A stretch of DNA of 63,388 nt, the filler included, from Octopus bimaculoides (taxonomy: Eukaryota), in the NCBI RefSeq assembly GCF_001194135.2. It is 5 parts of 4 records of this genome, joined end to end, with 100 filler letters (N's around TTAATTAATTAA, not from the genome) between each part and the next. Parts side by side here need not be neighbours in the genome. Positions count along the whole stretch, not along the records: positions 42,872 to 54,913 come from NC_068993.1; positions 55,014 to 63,388 come from NC_068985.1; 3 more parts are not named here. The stretch is one strand, 5' to 3'. Position numbers and translations under genes: made by a program. Positions 51,501 through 63,388 of this stretch are shown piece by piece. The notes below the pieces were generated by a model, which worked only from the letters and a program-made list of their open reading frames with translations, searched no databases and had not been told where the DNA came from. Position 1 is the stretch's first letter; every line of letters starts with the position of its first letter.

Positions 51501-52624
51501 TATGTGTGTNNNNNNNNNNNNNNNNNNNNNNNNNNNNNNNNNNNNNNNNNNNNNNNNNNNNNNNNNNNNNNNNNNNNNNNNNNNNNNNNNNNNNNNNNNN
51601 NNNNNNNNNNNNNNNNNNNNNNNNNNNNNNNNNNNNNNNNNNNNNNNNNNNNNNNNNNNNNNNNNNNNNNNNNNNNNNNNNNNNNNNNNNNNNNNNNNNN
51701 NNNNNNNNNNNNNNNNNNNNNNNNNNNNNNNNNNNNNNNNNNNNNNNNNNNNNNNNNNNNNNNNNNNNNNNNNNNNNNNNNNNNNNNNNNNNNNNNNNNN
51801 NNNNNNNNNNNNNNNNNNNNNNNNNNNNNNNNNNNNNNNNNNNNNNNNNNNNNNNNNNNNNNNNNNNNNNNNNNNNNNNNNNNNNNNNNNNNNNNNNNNN
51901 NNNNNNNNNNNNNNNNNNNNNNNNNNNNNNNNNNNNNNNNNNNNNNNNNNNNNNNNNNNNNNNNNNNNNNNNNNNNNNNNNNNNNNNNNNNNNNNNNNNN
52001 NNNNNNNNNNNNNNNNNNNNNNNNNNNNNNNNNNNNNNNNNNNNNNNNNNNNNNNNNNNNNNNNNNNNNNNNNNNNNNNNNNNNNNNNNNNNNNNNNNNN
52101 NNNNNNNNNNNNNNNNNNNNNNNNNNNNNNNNNNNNNNNNNNNNNNNNNNNNNNNNNNNNNNNNNNNNNNNNNNNNNNNNNNNNNNNNNNNNNNNNNNNN
52201 NNNNNNNNNNNNNNNNNNNNNNNNNNNNNNNNNNNNNNNNNNNNNNNNNNNNNNNNNNNNNNNNNNNNNNNNNNNNNNNNNNNNNNNNNNNNNNNNNNNN
52301 NNNNNNNNNNNNNNNNNNNNNNNNNNNNNNNNNNNNNGTACAGAACATACTAAACAGAAATATACAATGTATACACATAAAAAATAGACGTGAAATAAGA
52401 GAGAATATATCAACACCATGTTCATTTAGAAAAAAAAAAATTGCTTTAGAATACGGATTCCTTTTGACAACTCTGAATCGATGTGTATTTAATTAGGATA
52501 TATTTTGTTGGAATTTCGGCAAAACACAAGGCAGAAGCAACAAACAAAATTGAATTACCGAATGCGATACGGAAAAGAACATGTTTAGGCGGTAACACCA
52601 ACGTCGGAACAATAGTCCTATCTC

Positions 52625-52846
52625 CAGCCTCCACTCGTATTTGTAGACGCCGTCGTCGTCGTCACCACCACATTACCACCTCCCCCACCCTCATCATCAT
52701 CATCATCGTCGTCGTTGTCATCGATGTTGTCATTCTCCTCGTCGTTGTCGACGTCATCTTCATTATCGTCGTCATCATCATAATTATCATCATCATATAT
52801 CATCATCATCGCCACCACCACCACCACTACCACCACCAAAACCACC

Positions 52847-52880
<34 letters not shown>

Positions 52881-53517
52881 CCACCACCACCACCACCACC
52901 ANNNNNNNNNNNNNNNNNNNNNNNNNNNNNNNNNNNNNNNNNNNNNNNNNNNNNNNNNNNNNNNNNNNNNNNNNNNNNNNNNNNNNNNNNNNNNNNNNNN
53001 NNNNNNNNNNNNNNNNNNNNNNNNNNNNNNNNNNNNNNNNNNNNNNNNNNNNNNNNNNNNNNNNNNNNNNNNNNNNNNNNNNNNNNNNNNNNNNNNNNNN
53101 NNNNNNNNNNNNNNNNNNNNNNNNNNNNNNNNNNNNNNNNNNNNNNNNNNNNNNNNNNNNNNNNNNNNNNNNNNNNNNNNNNNNNNNNNNNNNNNNNNNN
53201 NNNNNNNNNNNNNNNNNNNNNNNNNNNNNNNNNNNNNNNNNNNNNNNNNNNNNNNNNNNNNNNNNNNNNNNNNNNNNNNNNNNNNNNNNNNNNNNNNNNN
53301 NNNNNNNNNNNNNNNNNNNNNNNNNNNNNNNNNNNNNNNNNNNNNNNNNNNNNNNNNNNNNNNNNNNNNNNNNNNNNNNNNNNNNNNNNNNNNNNNNNNN
53401 NNNNNNNNNNNNNNNNNNNNNNNNNNNNNNNNNNNNNNNACCACCACCACCACCAAAACCACCACCACCACTACCACCATCATCATCATCATCATCATCA
53501 CAACCACCACCGCCACC

Positions 53518-53551
<34 letters not shown>

Positions 53552-53706
53552 CCACCACCACCATCACAACCACCACCACCATCATCATCATCAGAATTAT
53601 CGCTTGCATCGTCAATGATACCATCATCGGCATCATCTTCCTCATTGTCATTGTCGTCATCATTAGCATCATCCTTATATCATCGTAGTTGTCTTCACCA
53701 TCATCG

Positions 53707-53739
<33 letters not shown>

Positions 53740-53990
53740 CCATCACCGTCGTCGTCGTCGTCGTCGTCGTCGTCATCATCATTATTGTCGACGTCCCCAT
53801 CATGGTTGTCGCTACTATCATCATTACTATCAACAACCGCAGCATCATCACTGTCGTCATCATCATCATTTTCGTCATCATAATCAGCATCATGGACATC
53901 ATCATTTTCATCGTCGACGCCGTCGTCTTCATTGTAATCAGAGCCGTGGTTCTCATCATCTGTAACACTAATTACTTCAGGGAGAACCAC
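52625..53990. repeat. (CAT/CAC/CGT)n trinucleotide low-complexity tract with internal gap
   Basis: Visible triplet repeats; generates spurious poly-H/T/D ORFs. Confidence 0.95.
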
Positions 53991-54209
53991 AATAAAAAAA
54001 AGGGCGACAGCAATAATAACAAACAACAACATGCAAACAACAACATGCAAATAAAATATTATATAATTAATAAAAAGATAAGAGTTAAATAAATAAATAA
54101 ATAAATTATTGAATCATTAGATAGGATTATGTCGTTCGTAGCGAATGAAGAGAAAGAAGATAAGCAGAGACACGTAACAGATTTTCTTTCGGTTCATTGC
54201 AACGAAATG

Positions 54210-54212
54210 ATG

Positions 54213-54273
<61 letters not shown>

Positions 54274-54610
54274 GGAGAGAGAGAGAAACAGATAGACAGA
54301 CACGCAGGCACACAGACAGAGACAGAGAGAGAAAAAGAGAGCGAGATGGAGTGAGAGGGAGATGGAGTGAGAGGGAAAGGCAGAGAGAAAGACAGAAAGA
54401 GAGATCGACAGAGCGAAAGACCGACAGAGAGACTGACAGACAATGAAAGCGACAGAGAGAGAGACAGACAGACAGACAGAAGAATAGAGTGAAAAAAATA
54501 GGAGAAAAAAGCGAGAGAGGGAGAAGGTTAAGAGAGAAGGAGAGAGAGTGTGAGTAAGAGAAAGAGAGAGAAAAAGAGAGTGACAAAGAATGAAAGAGTC
54601 AGAGGGAGAA

Positions 54611-54648
<38 letters not shown>

Positions 54649-54670
54649 AGGGAGAGAGAGAGGATGAGAA
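54210..54670. repeat. (GATA)n and GA-rich simple repeat
   Basis: Visible tetranucleotide and dinucleotide purine tract. Confidence 0.95.
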
Positions 54671-54913
54671 AGAGCACGATTTCTTTACGATTTAAATTTT
54701 CCAGTATTGATTTGCTTTGATTGGCTTTGATTTTCATTTAATTTTTTAATTTCTATTTTTGTTATTTTTTCCATTATTTTTTTCATGGTTGGAGATTTAC
54801 TTCCTTATCTAATTTAAAAAGCTAATTTGTAAAACCATTTTCACCTGGGGATTTATTAATTTACGACAGGATTTACTAATAGATAGGAAAAGATAAACTA
54901 AATGTATGGATGC

Positions 54914-55013
54914 NNNNNNNNNNNNNNNNNNNNNNNNNNNNNNNNNNNNNNNNNNNNTTAATTAATTAANNNNNNNNNNNNNNNNNNNNNNNNNNNNNNN
55001 NNNNNNNNNNNNN
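54914..55013. other. Artificial scaffolding spacer
   Basis: 44 N + TTAATTAATTAA (54958-54969) + 44 N. Confidence 0.95.
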
Positions 55014-55434
55014 AAAAGAGTTAAGATGATGATTCTGATAGAATCAGGTACTCGAAAAGGTATGTACTAGGTAGCTTACCATAATGAATTTTCTCCTACA
55101 ACCCACTCCAGTTTACCCGTGATCAAGTCCAGCAGACTCCTTCTCACCCGAATAGATATCAAATTATACACTTTAAAGAACTACATTCTTAACCTAAACC
55201 ACCAACATAGTTGCTCACTTTCCCATTCATAGCTGACCTCCATAGACATATCCCTGCTGTATTCCGGTATATCTTTTATTTTGTAAAATTACTTCTCATC
55301 TGATAATTACGGTCTTTTATAATGGTGTAATGTTCTCATTCTTCTATTGAAAGTTATGTAAGAAACAGTTGTAATGAGCTGATAATTATCCATTACATGT
55401 TATTCATTTGATACATATATATATATATACATAT

Positions 55435-55647
55435 AATAATATTTGGGATAAAATCCAAAATTACATGTAAAAACTCAATTAAAATCAATTTATTAAAAAT
55501 TAAAATTAAATTAAGTTTCACAGAGTAAAATATATATTAATATATAGTTTTAGGGAAAAGAACCAAGGTTCATGAACTCATCGATGGAAATCCACTGAAA
55601 ATCCAACTTTTCTATATGTGACAGTGGATTTTCATCGATGAGTTCAT
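55435..55647. repeat. Dispersed repeat with inversion junction (26-bp hairpin)
   Basis: 55572-55597 and 55622-55647 are inverted with 1 mismatch. Same family as 28841-29015. Confidence 0.8.
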
Positions 55648-56205
55648 NNNNNNNNNNNNNNNNNNNNNNNNNNNNNNNNNNNNNNNNNNNNNNNNNNNNN
55701 NNNNNNNNNNNNNNNNNNNNNNNNNNNNNNNNNNNNNNNNNNNNNNNNNNNNNNNNNNNNNNNNNNNNNNNNNNNNNNNNNNNNNNNNNNNNNNNNNNNN
55801 NNNNNNNNNNNNNNNNNNNNNNNNNNNNNNNNNNNNNNNNNNNNNNNNNNNNNNNNNNNNNNNNNNNNNNNNNNNNNNNNNNNNNNNNNNNNNNNNNNNN
55901 NNNNNNNNNNNNNNNNNNNNNNNNNNNNNNNNNNNNNNNNNNNNNNNNNNNNNNNNNNNNNNNNNNNNNNNNNNNNNNNNNNNNNNNNNNNNNNNNNNNN
56001 NNNNNNNNNNNNNNNNNNNNNNNNNNNNNNNNNNNNNNNNNNNNNNNNNNNNNNNNNNNNNNNNNNNNNNNNNNNNNNNNNNNNNNNNNNNNNNNNNNNN
56101 NNNNNNNNNNNNNNNNNNNNNNNNNNNNNNNNNNNNNNNNNNNNNNNNNNNNNNNNNNNNNNNNNNNNNNNNNNNNNNNNNNNNNNNNNNNNNNNNNNNN
56201 NNNNN

Positions 56206-56247
<42 letters not shown>

Positions 56248-56249
56248 AG

Positions 56250-56281
<32 letters not shown>

Positions 56282-56953
56282 CAAACAGTTACACATGCAT
56301 ACACACATGTATATGCATGGATAATGGATATGAGTGCATATATATTCACACACACATAAACACACACATACACAAAGCAGGCGTCTTTTAATTTCCAACT
56401 ACCAAATTCATTCACAAGACTTTGGTGTGCTTAGTGCTGTAGTAGAAAACACTTAGCCAAGATGCCACACAGTGGGACTGAAACCTGAGACCATGTCAAT
56501 GGGTATCAAACTTCTTAACCACACAACCAGATCTTGAGGAAAGCTTGATATGATATTATGCAAGTTTCAGAAATTAACTCCTTTCATTTATTCTTTCACT
56601 GTATATTTCACCATCATCATTTAACATCCACTTTTCCATGCTAGCATGGGTTGGACCACACCCAGATGCCCTTCCTGTGGCCAAACTTCAGATTTCCAAG
56701 TGAAGTAGTATTTCTCACAACCAAACATATTTTCACATAATATTGGAAACAAAGCCAACACCCTTTGCATGATGGTGACATTCATTAAAACTATCATGAA
56801 AGCGTGGGTGTGGCTATGTGGTAAGAAGCTTTCTTCTCAACTACATTGTTCTAGGTTCAGTCCCATTGTGCAATTCCTTGGGTAAGTGTTTCTACTATAG
56901 CCTTGGGTCAATCAAAGCCTTGTGAGTGGATATGGTAAATGGAAACTGAATGT

Positions 56954-56992
<39 letters not shown>

Positions 56993-59704
56993 NNNNNNNN
57001 NNNNNNNNNNNNNNNNNNNNNNNNNNNNNNNNNNNNNNNNNNNNNNNNNNNNNNNNNNNNNNNNNNNNNNNNNNNNNNNNNNNNNNNNNNNNNNNNNNNN
57101 NNNNNNNNNNNNNNNNNNNNNNNNNNNNNNNNNNNNNNNNNNNNNNNNNNNNNNNNNNNNNNNNNNNNNNNNNNNNNNNNNNNNNNNNNNNNNNNNNNNN
57201 NNNNNNNNNNNNNNNNNNNNNNNNNNNNNNNNNNNNNNNNNNNNNNNNNNNNNNNNNNNNNNNNNNNNNNNNNNNNNNNNNNNNNNNNNNNNNNNNNNNN
57301 NNNNNNNNNNNNNNNNNNNNNNNNNNNNNNNNNNNNNNNNNNNNNNNNNNNNNNNNNNNNNNNNNNNNNNNNNNNNNNNNNNNNNNNNNNNNNNNNNNNN
57401 NNNNNNNNNNNNNNNNNNNNNNNNNNNNNNNNNNNNNNNNNNNNNNNNNNNNNNNNNNNNNNNNNNNNNNNNNNNNNNNNNNNNNNNNNNNNNNNNNNNN
57501 NNNNNNNNNNNNNNNNNNNNNNNNNNNNNNNNNNNNNNNNNNNNNNNNNNNNNNNNNNNNNNNNNNNNNNNNNNNNNNNNNNNNNNNNNNNNNNNNNNNN
57601 NNNNNNNNNNNNNNNNNNNNNNNNNNNNNNNNNNNNNNNNNNNNNNNNNNNNNNNNNNNNNNNNNNNNNNNNNNNNNNNNNNNNNNNNNNNNNNNNNNNN
57701 NNNNNNNNNNNNNNNNNNNNNNNNNNNNNNNNNNNNNNNNNNNNNNNNNNNNNNNNNNNNNNNNNNNNNNNNNNNNNNNNNNNNNNNNNNNNNNNNNNNN
57801 NNNNNNNNNNNNNNNNNNNNNNNNNNNNNNNNNNNNNNNNNNNNNNNNNNNNNNNNNNNNNNNNNNNNNNNNNNNNNNNNNTATATATATATATACATGC
57901 ATGTGTTTGTGTGTGTGTGTGTTGAAAGAGAAAGAAAGAGAGAAAGACTGAAGATCAAGAGACCAGCCTCTTTCAGAATACTTTTATTATGGGGAAGATG
58001 CACCAAAAAGTGCTTGGCACAGTAGTATTACTGATTTGGGATAAACTCTTCAGGTATTGCAGCATCAGCAGCCAGTCTTGTCCAAGATGCAGGGTGTGCT
58101 AAACTTTCTCCACACATTCCTTCAATACCTGAAAATTGCTGACTAATGGAATTATGCCAAACAGCTGTTGTAGCATGTAGAATCCAGCTGTTGGTGGGAT
58201 CCATTGTGAAGATCAACCTGCTGTCTTCTTTTGGTAGACAAGAGCAAGCAGTTTCCATATGTCTGGTGATTGTGGGTGGCTGTCATCATTGCCATTTTTT
58301 TTTTGATGTCCACTTTTCTATGCTTGCATGGGTTGGACTGAGTTTAATGAGGCACATTTTTCATGCCCTTCCTATCACCAACCCTCATCTGATTCTAAAC
58401 AAGGTAATACTTCTCCATGGTCATCATCATCACCGTCATTGTTTAACGTCCATCTTCCATGCTGGCATGGGTTGGATGGTTTGACAGGAGTTGATCAGGC
58501 AGAAGACTGCACCAGATGTCAGTGTTTGTTTGGGCATAGTTTTTACAGCTGGATGCCCTTCCTAACACCAACCATCCAGCAGAGTGGACATATGGTTTTG
58601 CAAAATTTCATAAAGGAATGGCACTGTTTGTATGATGGTGACATTTCATCCATCTTTATGTTCTGAGTTCAAATCCACTGCGGTCAACTTTCCCTTTCAT
58701 CCTTTCAGGCTCGACAACATAAGTACCAGTTGAGCACAGGGGTTGATTTAATCAGCTTACCACCTCCTCCAAAATTGCTGGCCTTGTGCCACTATTTGAA
58801 ACCAATATCCAGTGGTTTTAGTGTTCAGCCCATGATCATAACACTAAGGGCTCACATCTTAAACCGGGAGAAGCATTATGTCCTTAAGCAAGGCACTTTA
58901 TTCCACATGGCTCCTGTCTATTCAGTTGTAATGAGTGCCTGTCTTAAGCTAGTGCAACCCTCTCTCCTTCCACCTGTCATATACTTGATATACTATTGGG
59001 TCAAGAAGGTGTTCACATCTACTTGTGATACACAGGCACCAAACATAACGAGTAAAAGCAAAATGAAAAACCATACAGTACAACCAGCTATCTCTCACTG
59101 ATGCCATACATTCAGGCATATATGGTATCAGCAAGAGACATTGATCTCAATATCTGTCTGTCTGTATATATGTATGCATGCACACATTATATATATATAC
59201 AGACAGACAGATATATAGATGAATGTTTAGCTAGTAACGTGATAAATAACAATGCAACCAGGGTTGACTTTGATTTCAAGTTTTGCCTCAGGAGTCTTAC
59301 TCAGTCCTATTCAAGTGTCTGAATAAACCTCATTACACAATCTTTTGTCATGTGTGCCCTATATTAAGTGTGTATTTGTGTGTGCATGTATTTGTGTGCA
59401 TGTATGTGCGGTGGTGGTTTTGGGAAGGAGAAGCAAGTATGCATGTATATGTGTGTTTAAACGAAAGAGAGATATAAGGATAATTCAATGCACCATTTCA
59501 AGATTGGCTGGCTATCCTACAATGTAATCTTTATGTAACCACAAAGTACCGGGAAACAAAGTTGAATTCCAGGAAACGACTGACACTGATCAATTATTGT
59601 ACTGAGGAGTGGCGAGGCCAAGTCAATGAAGTATTTGCTCCTCAGTTTAAGTGTTGTTGAATTTGTCTTCTGTGGCAGGCAATGTCACATGTTATAGACA
59701 ATTT

Positions 59705-60240
59705 GGTAAATACATCCCCTACTTTGCTCCAAGCCATGCTATAACACTCCCCTCATTCTAGGCTAAACACTAAATACTCTTCTATTCTCTAGACTAAACA
59801 GTTAACACTCCCCTTCTCTGGAGATCATACAGTAAAGATTCCCCTTCTCCAGGCCAAACAATAAACTCCCCAATTCTGTAAATCAGATAGTAAACTGTTC
59901 TGAGGCAATACAGTAAAAGGAATCCCCTTCTCTAAGCAAAATATTAAATGAACCCCCTTCTCCCTGACTTCTGCAGACCAAACAATAAACATCATGCCCT
60001 GACCCAGGCCATACATAAACAATCCCACTTCTCTATACCATGCTTTAAACAACCCCCACTTCCCTAGATCATACAGTAAGTAGTTCCTTCTTCTCCAGAT
60101 CCTAAAGTACACATTCCCCTTTCTATATACCATATAGTAAACAGTGCCCCTTCTCTAAATCCAACAGTAAACAGTCCCCTCTTTTTCCATGTCATACAGT
60201 AAACAGTCTCCCGTGTTCCAGGCCATATGGTAAATACTTG
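59705..60240 (+). repeat. Degenerate ~30-bp minisatellite
   Basis: Recurrent unit approximately CCATACAGTAAACAGTCCCCTTCTC(C/T)AGA. Confidence 0.75.
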
Positions 60241-60519
60241 CTTTAATGCTTCAGGTAATAAAATATACATCCCCTTATCACAGTAACCTTGTTTCAGATC
60301 ATGACAGATGGACAAACAGACTGATACATAGAAAGTGAGAGAATGAGAGACAGAAAGAGACATTAGTGGAATACTGAATTAAATATTTAACTGGAATTAC
60401 AAAACATGAAAGAAGAAAGGAGGAAACAATAATGAGAAAAAATATTGCAAAGAGACCATCGATATAATTTCAGCTTCTTTTGTAAGACATTGGACTTTAC
60501 CAGAAAGTCACTCACAAAT

Positions 60520-60800
60520 ATGCTCCAATCTCTGACCCACAGTAGTATTGTCTCCTCACTCTCTTTTCCACCACTACTACAATGGCCTTTATTCCTCGGA
60601 GCTGGTTGATCTTCACTTAAGCCCACCAGATACCATTACTCCCACCTTCACTGCTATTTGTGTATTCCTGACCTACTAGGCATTGCACTGCACGAATCAT
60701 TTTTTGTTTCAGTCCTTTCCTTCCAGAATATCAATGCTCTGGAATGCTTTCCTTATGCTCTCCTTACCAAATTTTTTTCCCAATAGTTGTCAACTATGAA
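60520..60800 (+). mobile_element. CR1/Jockey-group LINE ORF2 3' remnant
   Basis: LQSLTHSSIVSSLSF/HHYYNGLYSSELVDL…QSFPSRISMLWNA resembles the pattern L.HRR.VA.L.LFY.YY.G.CS.EL…SFFPRT..LWN.LP. Confidence 0.55.
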
Positions 60801-61490
60801 GGCATAAGCACAGTCCCTCCTTCCAGACAAAACTGCAATCAAACAGGAGGAAACAGAGACGATAAAATTCCTTCAGTGAAACAACAGCTTTATTTGCCTC
60901 TCTTTGTGGACTAGAATGGATGGATGGATGGATGGTCCTAAATAAACTTCATAAGTTTTACTTTTTCACTAATTATCCCACTACACTATAGCAAGATTGC
61001 TAGTTTAATGGGTAATTACTTTGTCAACTCCACAAATTGATTGAAAGGTCAAGTCAACTTGGACAACATTTTTCAAGTTGGGTTTAAAACTCGTCAATTA
61101 TCCAATCTAATCTGGCTGTGTACCAACAAAGCTATTGGCAAACTTTCTGAAATATGTGGACTACAGAGAACGTGGTGTGGTGTTGTTTAACCCTAGGTCA
61201 GACCGTAACAGAACTCAACAAATCACAATCAAAGTCATTCATGTGATGATCATTTTGACTTTTCAGAGAGATTTATCTCAGACTATACTACCAACAAAGA
61301 CAGAAAGGATACATTAGATACAGAGAGATTTAGCTGTTATTTCAAAAGGGCTAAGTAATTGTGTAGAAGCACCTTCAATGGTTTGTAAATAATCATATTG
61401 TATTAGGTTGTTGAACAATTTGTAAAAATTTACAATATGTAAAAATGTACATGTAAAATAGTGGCACCACATGGGACAGCAAGCATCTCT

Positions 61491-61660
61491 TTAACTCTTT
61501 AACATTGAGATTTATCAAATGTAACACTTATTTATTCACAATGTTCCGAATTAATCAAGCATTACCTTGTTGCTCTGAAATTTTGATGATAGCTGATTTG
61601 AACATAAAACGGGTAGAATATTTTGGCAGGATATGGCCAGTTTAAATGCTAAAAGGTTAA
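61491..61660. mobile_element. piggyBac-like MITE
   Basis: TTAA-CTCTTTAACATT at the left end and AATGCTAAAAGG-TTAA at the right end: TTAA flanks with short imperfect TIRs. Confidence 0.65.
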
Positions 61661-62036
61661 GGGAAATATTTGGATGCTGTATTTTTAGGTCAACTAAAAT
61701 GCAACATATCTGCTGCCTTCCTTCTGTTGCTTTATTTTCTGAGTTCCAAACCCATCAGAATTAACTTTGCCATTCATTCTTTTGGAAGGCAATAAATTAA
61801 ATGTCATTCAGTTTATTTTGTCACTTCTTCTTCTTAGATATTTGTATCTATGTTAGAAATTTTGATGAAAAGATAGGCAGTGGGGTTAAGAAATTTACTT
61901 CAAAACCATATGATTTCAAGTTCAGGTCCTCAGCAGTACCTTAGGCAAGCGTCTTCAACTATGGTCAGGGAGAGGGGAGGGCAGCCAATGTTTTGTGAGT
62001 GAATTTGGCAGACAGAATCTGCAAGAAACCAATTGT

Positions 62037-62087
<51 letters not shown>

Positions 62088-63204
62088 GGTGAGCATGCAC
62101 ACGTGTAGGTGAGTGGGTGGGGATGGGTTCATGTGCATGCACATGTAAGTGTGCATGTGGGAGTACAAGTGTGTGTGTGTGTGAGTTTTGTTTGCATGTG
62201 TGTGTGTATGCGCATGCGTGGGTGAGGCTGTAAGTGTCTTCTCCTTGGCTTGACATTTGCTTCCTGATTGTAATCAAATCACTCTTCAAACAAATGGCAT
62301 TGTTTACTACCTCTCATGAAAACATGTCTGACCATTAAGCTGTACTTTGTGTGAAGAATTGGTCTAGTGGGGAAATATCAATTTGCTTGCAAACATGTAG
62401 GGCTCGTGATGGGAAAAGCATCTGATCATCAAAAAAAACCTGCCTCAACAAGTTTCATCTGATCAATGCATGATAGGATAAGTCAATGTTAACAAATGAT
62501 GATGAGGATAATGACACTAATTTTGCACATTTACACATGTACAATATTATATATAACTAATTAATGATTCATTCATCAATACTTGAGCAAATATGGTGAA
62601 GTTCAAACCTCACTGAGGAGGTCTTATAAGACTGGAACTAGTCAAAAAGCATCTCATGCCATACATATTAATAATTTATATTATTAGCCATGTGTTAGCC
62701 ATTGAGTTCTGAGTTCAAATGCTGATAGTTGTCACTAGATTTAGGTGCATTCATGCTTTTAAATATTATAATTTGCTGTTATCATTTTACTTGTCAACAA
62801 GTCATCATTGAAGATGTGTGGAATAAGGTATCCCTTAATATATAAGTTATATATACAAATATATATATTTATATAACTGATGAAGGAAACGGAAGATGGA
62901 TTTAGTACAAATCATTATTCAGCACAATGATTGTTTCAACCCATCATGCATCTGTCTCATAGGGGTAAGATACTGTGCACCTAGTTGCATTGCATCAATC
63001 AGTGCAGGCTATGTCACTCCAGATGCTTAGCATAGAAAAGATACCCCACTAGATATACTGAATTCTCCTTAGCACGTTGTTCTCGCTAGCTGTGCATTGG
63101 TATGTATAAATATTATATATATAAATATACATATATGTATATATATGTGCATCATTATCATCATCGCCATTTAATGTGCACATATATCATCATCATCATC
63201 ATCG

Positions 63205-63388
63205 TTTAACGTCCACTTTCCATGCTAGCATGGGTTGGACGATTTGACTGAGGACTGGTGAAACCGGATGGCAACACCAGGCTCCAATCTAAATTTGGCA
63301 GAGTTTCTACAGCTGGATGCCCTTCCTAACGCCAACCACTCAGAGAGTGTAGTAGGTGCTTTTACGTGTCACCTGCACGAAGGCCAGT
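63205..63388 (+). mobile_element. RTE-tail-type retroposon (family C), runs off the window end
   Basis: (CAT)n-TTTAACGTCCACTTTCCATGCTAGCATGGGTTGGAC…GGATGCCCTTCCTAACGCCAACC. Confidence 0.7.

Noticed and set aside
52483-54092. Poly-His/Thr/Asp/Ser proteins
   Set aside because: Trinucleotide microsatellite open in several frames on both strands.
988-58025. Many long ORFs in the supplied track (YIYI…, XXXX)
   Set aside because: They run through N gaps and (AT)n/(CA)n microsatellites and carry no coding signal.
58028-58258. 76-aa minus-strand ORF as a host exon
   Set aside because: No dynein or other recognisable match. Scattered similarity to an RTE ORF 3' end suggests LINE debris.

Overview
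AT-rich, microsatellite-laden, gappy eukaryotic genomic DNA. The SINE and repeat families look like those of a coleoid cephalopod, probably Octopus; this is recognition from memory, not a database hit. The only well-supported host gene is two consecutive phase-0 exons of an axonemal outer-arm dynein heavy chain (DNAH5/DNAH8 type, AAA1 region) at 2356-2550 and 6247-6381 on +. The expected next exon (V/IDEDEPLF...) was not found by eye. The window is five blocks joined by artificial 100-bp spacers (44 N + TTAATTAATTAA + 44 N), and the blocks alternate by eye between CpG-poor and CpG-rich DNA. The rest is transposon debris: tRNA-derived SINEs, RTE, R4/Dong-like and CR1/Jockey-like LINE pieces, three Tc1/mariner remnants, MITE/foldback elements and several Penelope-like element (PLE) remnants. 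The most interesting signals are (i) four hammerhead-ribozyme-like motifs from three repeat families, including a PLE GIY-YIG fragment bounded by inverted repeats whose edge lies at the predicted ribozyme cleavage site, and (ii) a 561-bp foldback element with 37-bp TIRs, an 8-bp TSD, perfect 72-bp inner arms and a palindromic (CCCTAA)n/(TTAGGG)n core. All alignments, folds and composition statements were made by eye. Boundaries of degenerate repeats are approximate.
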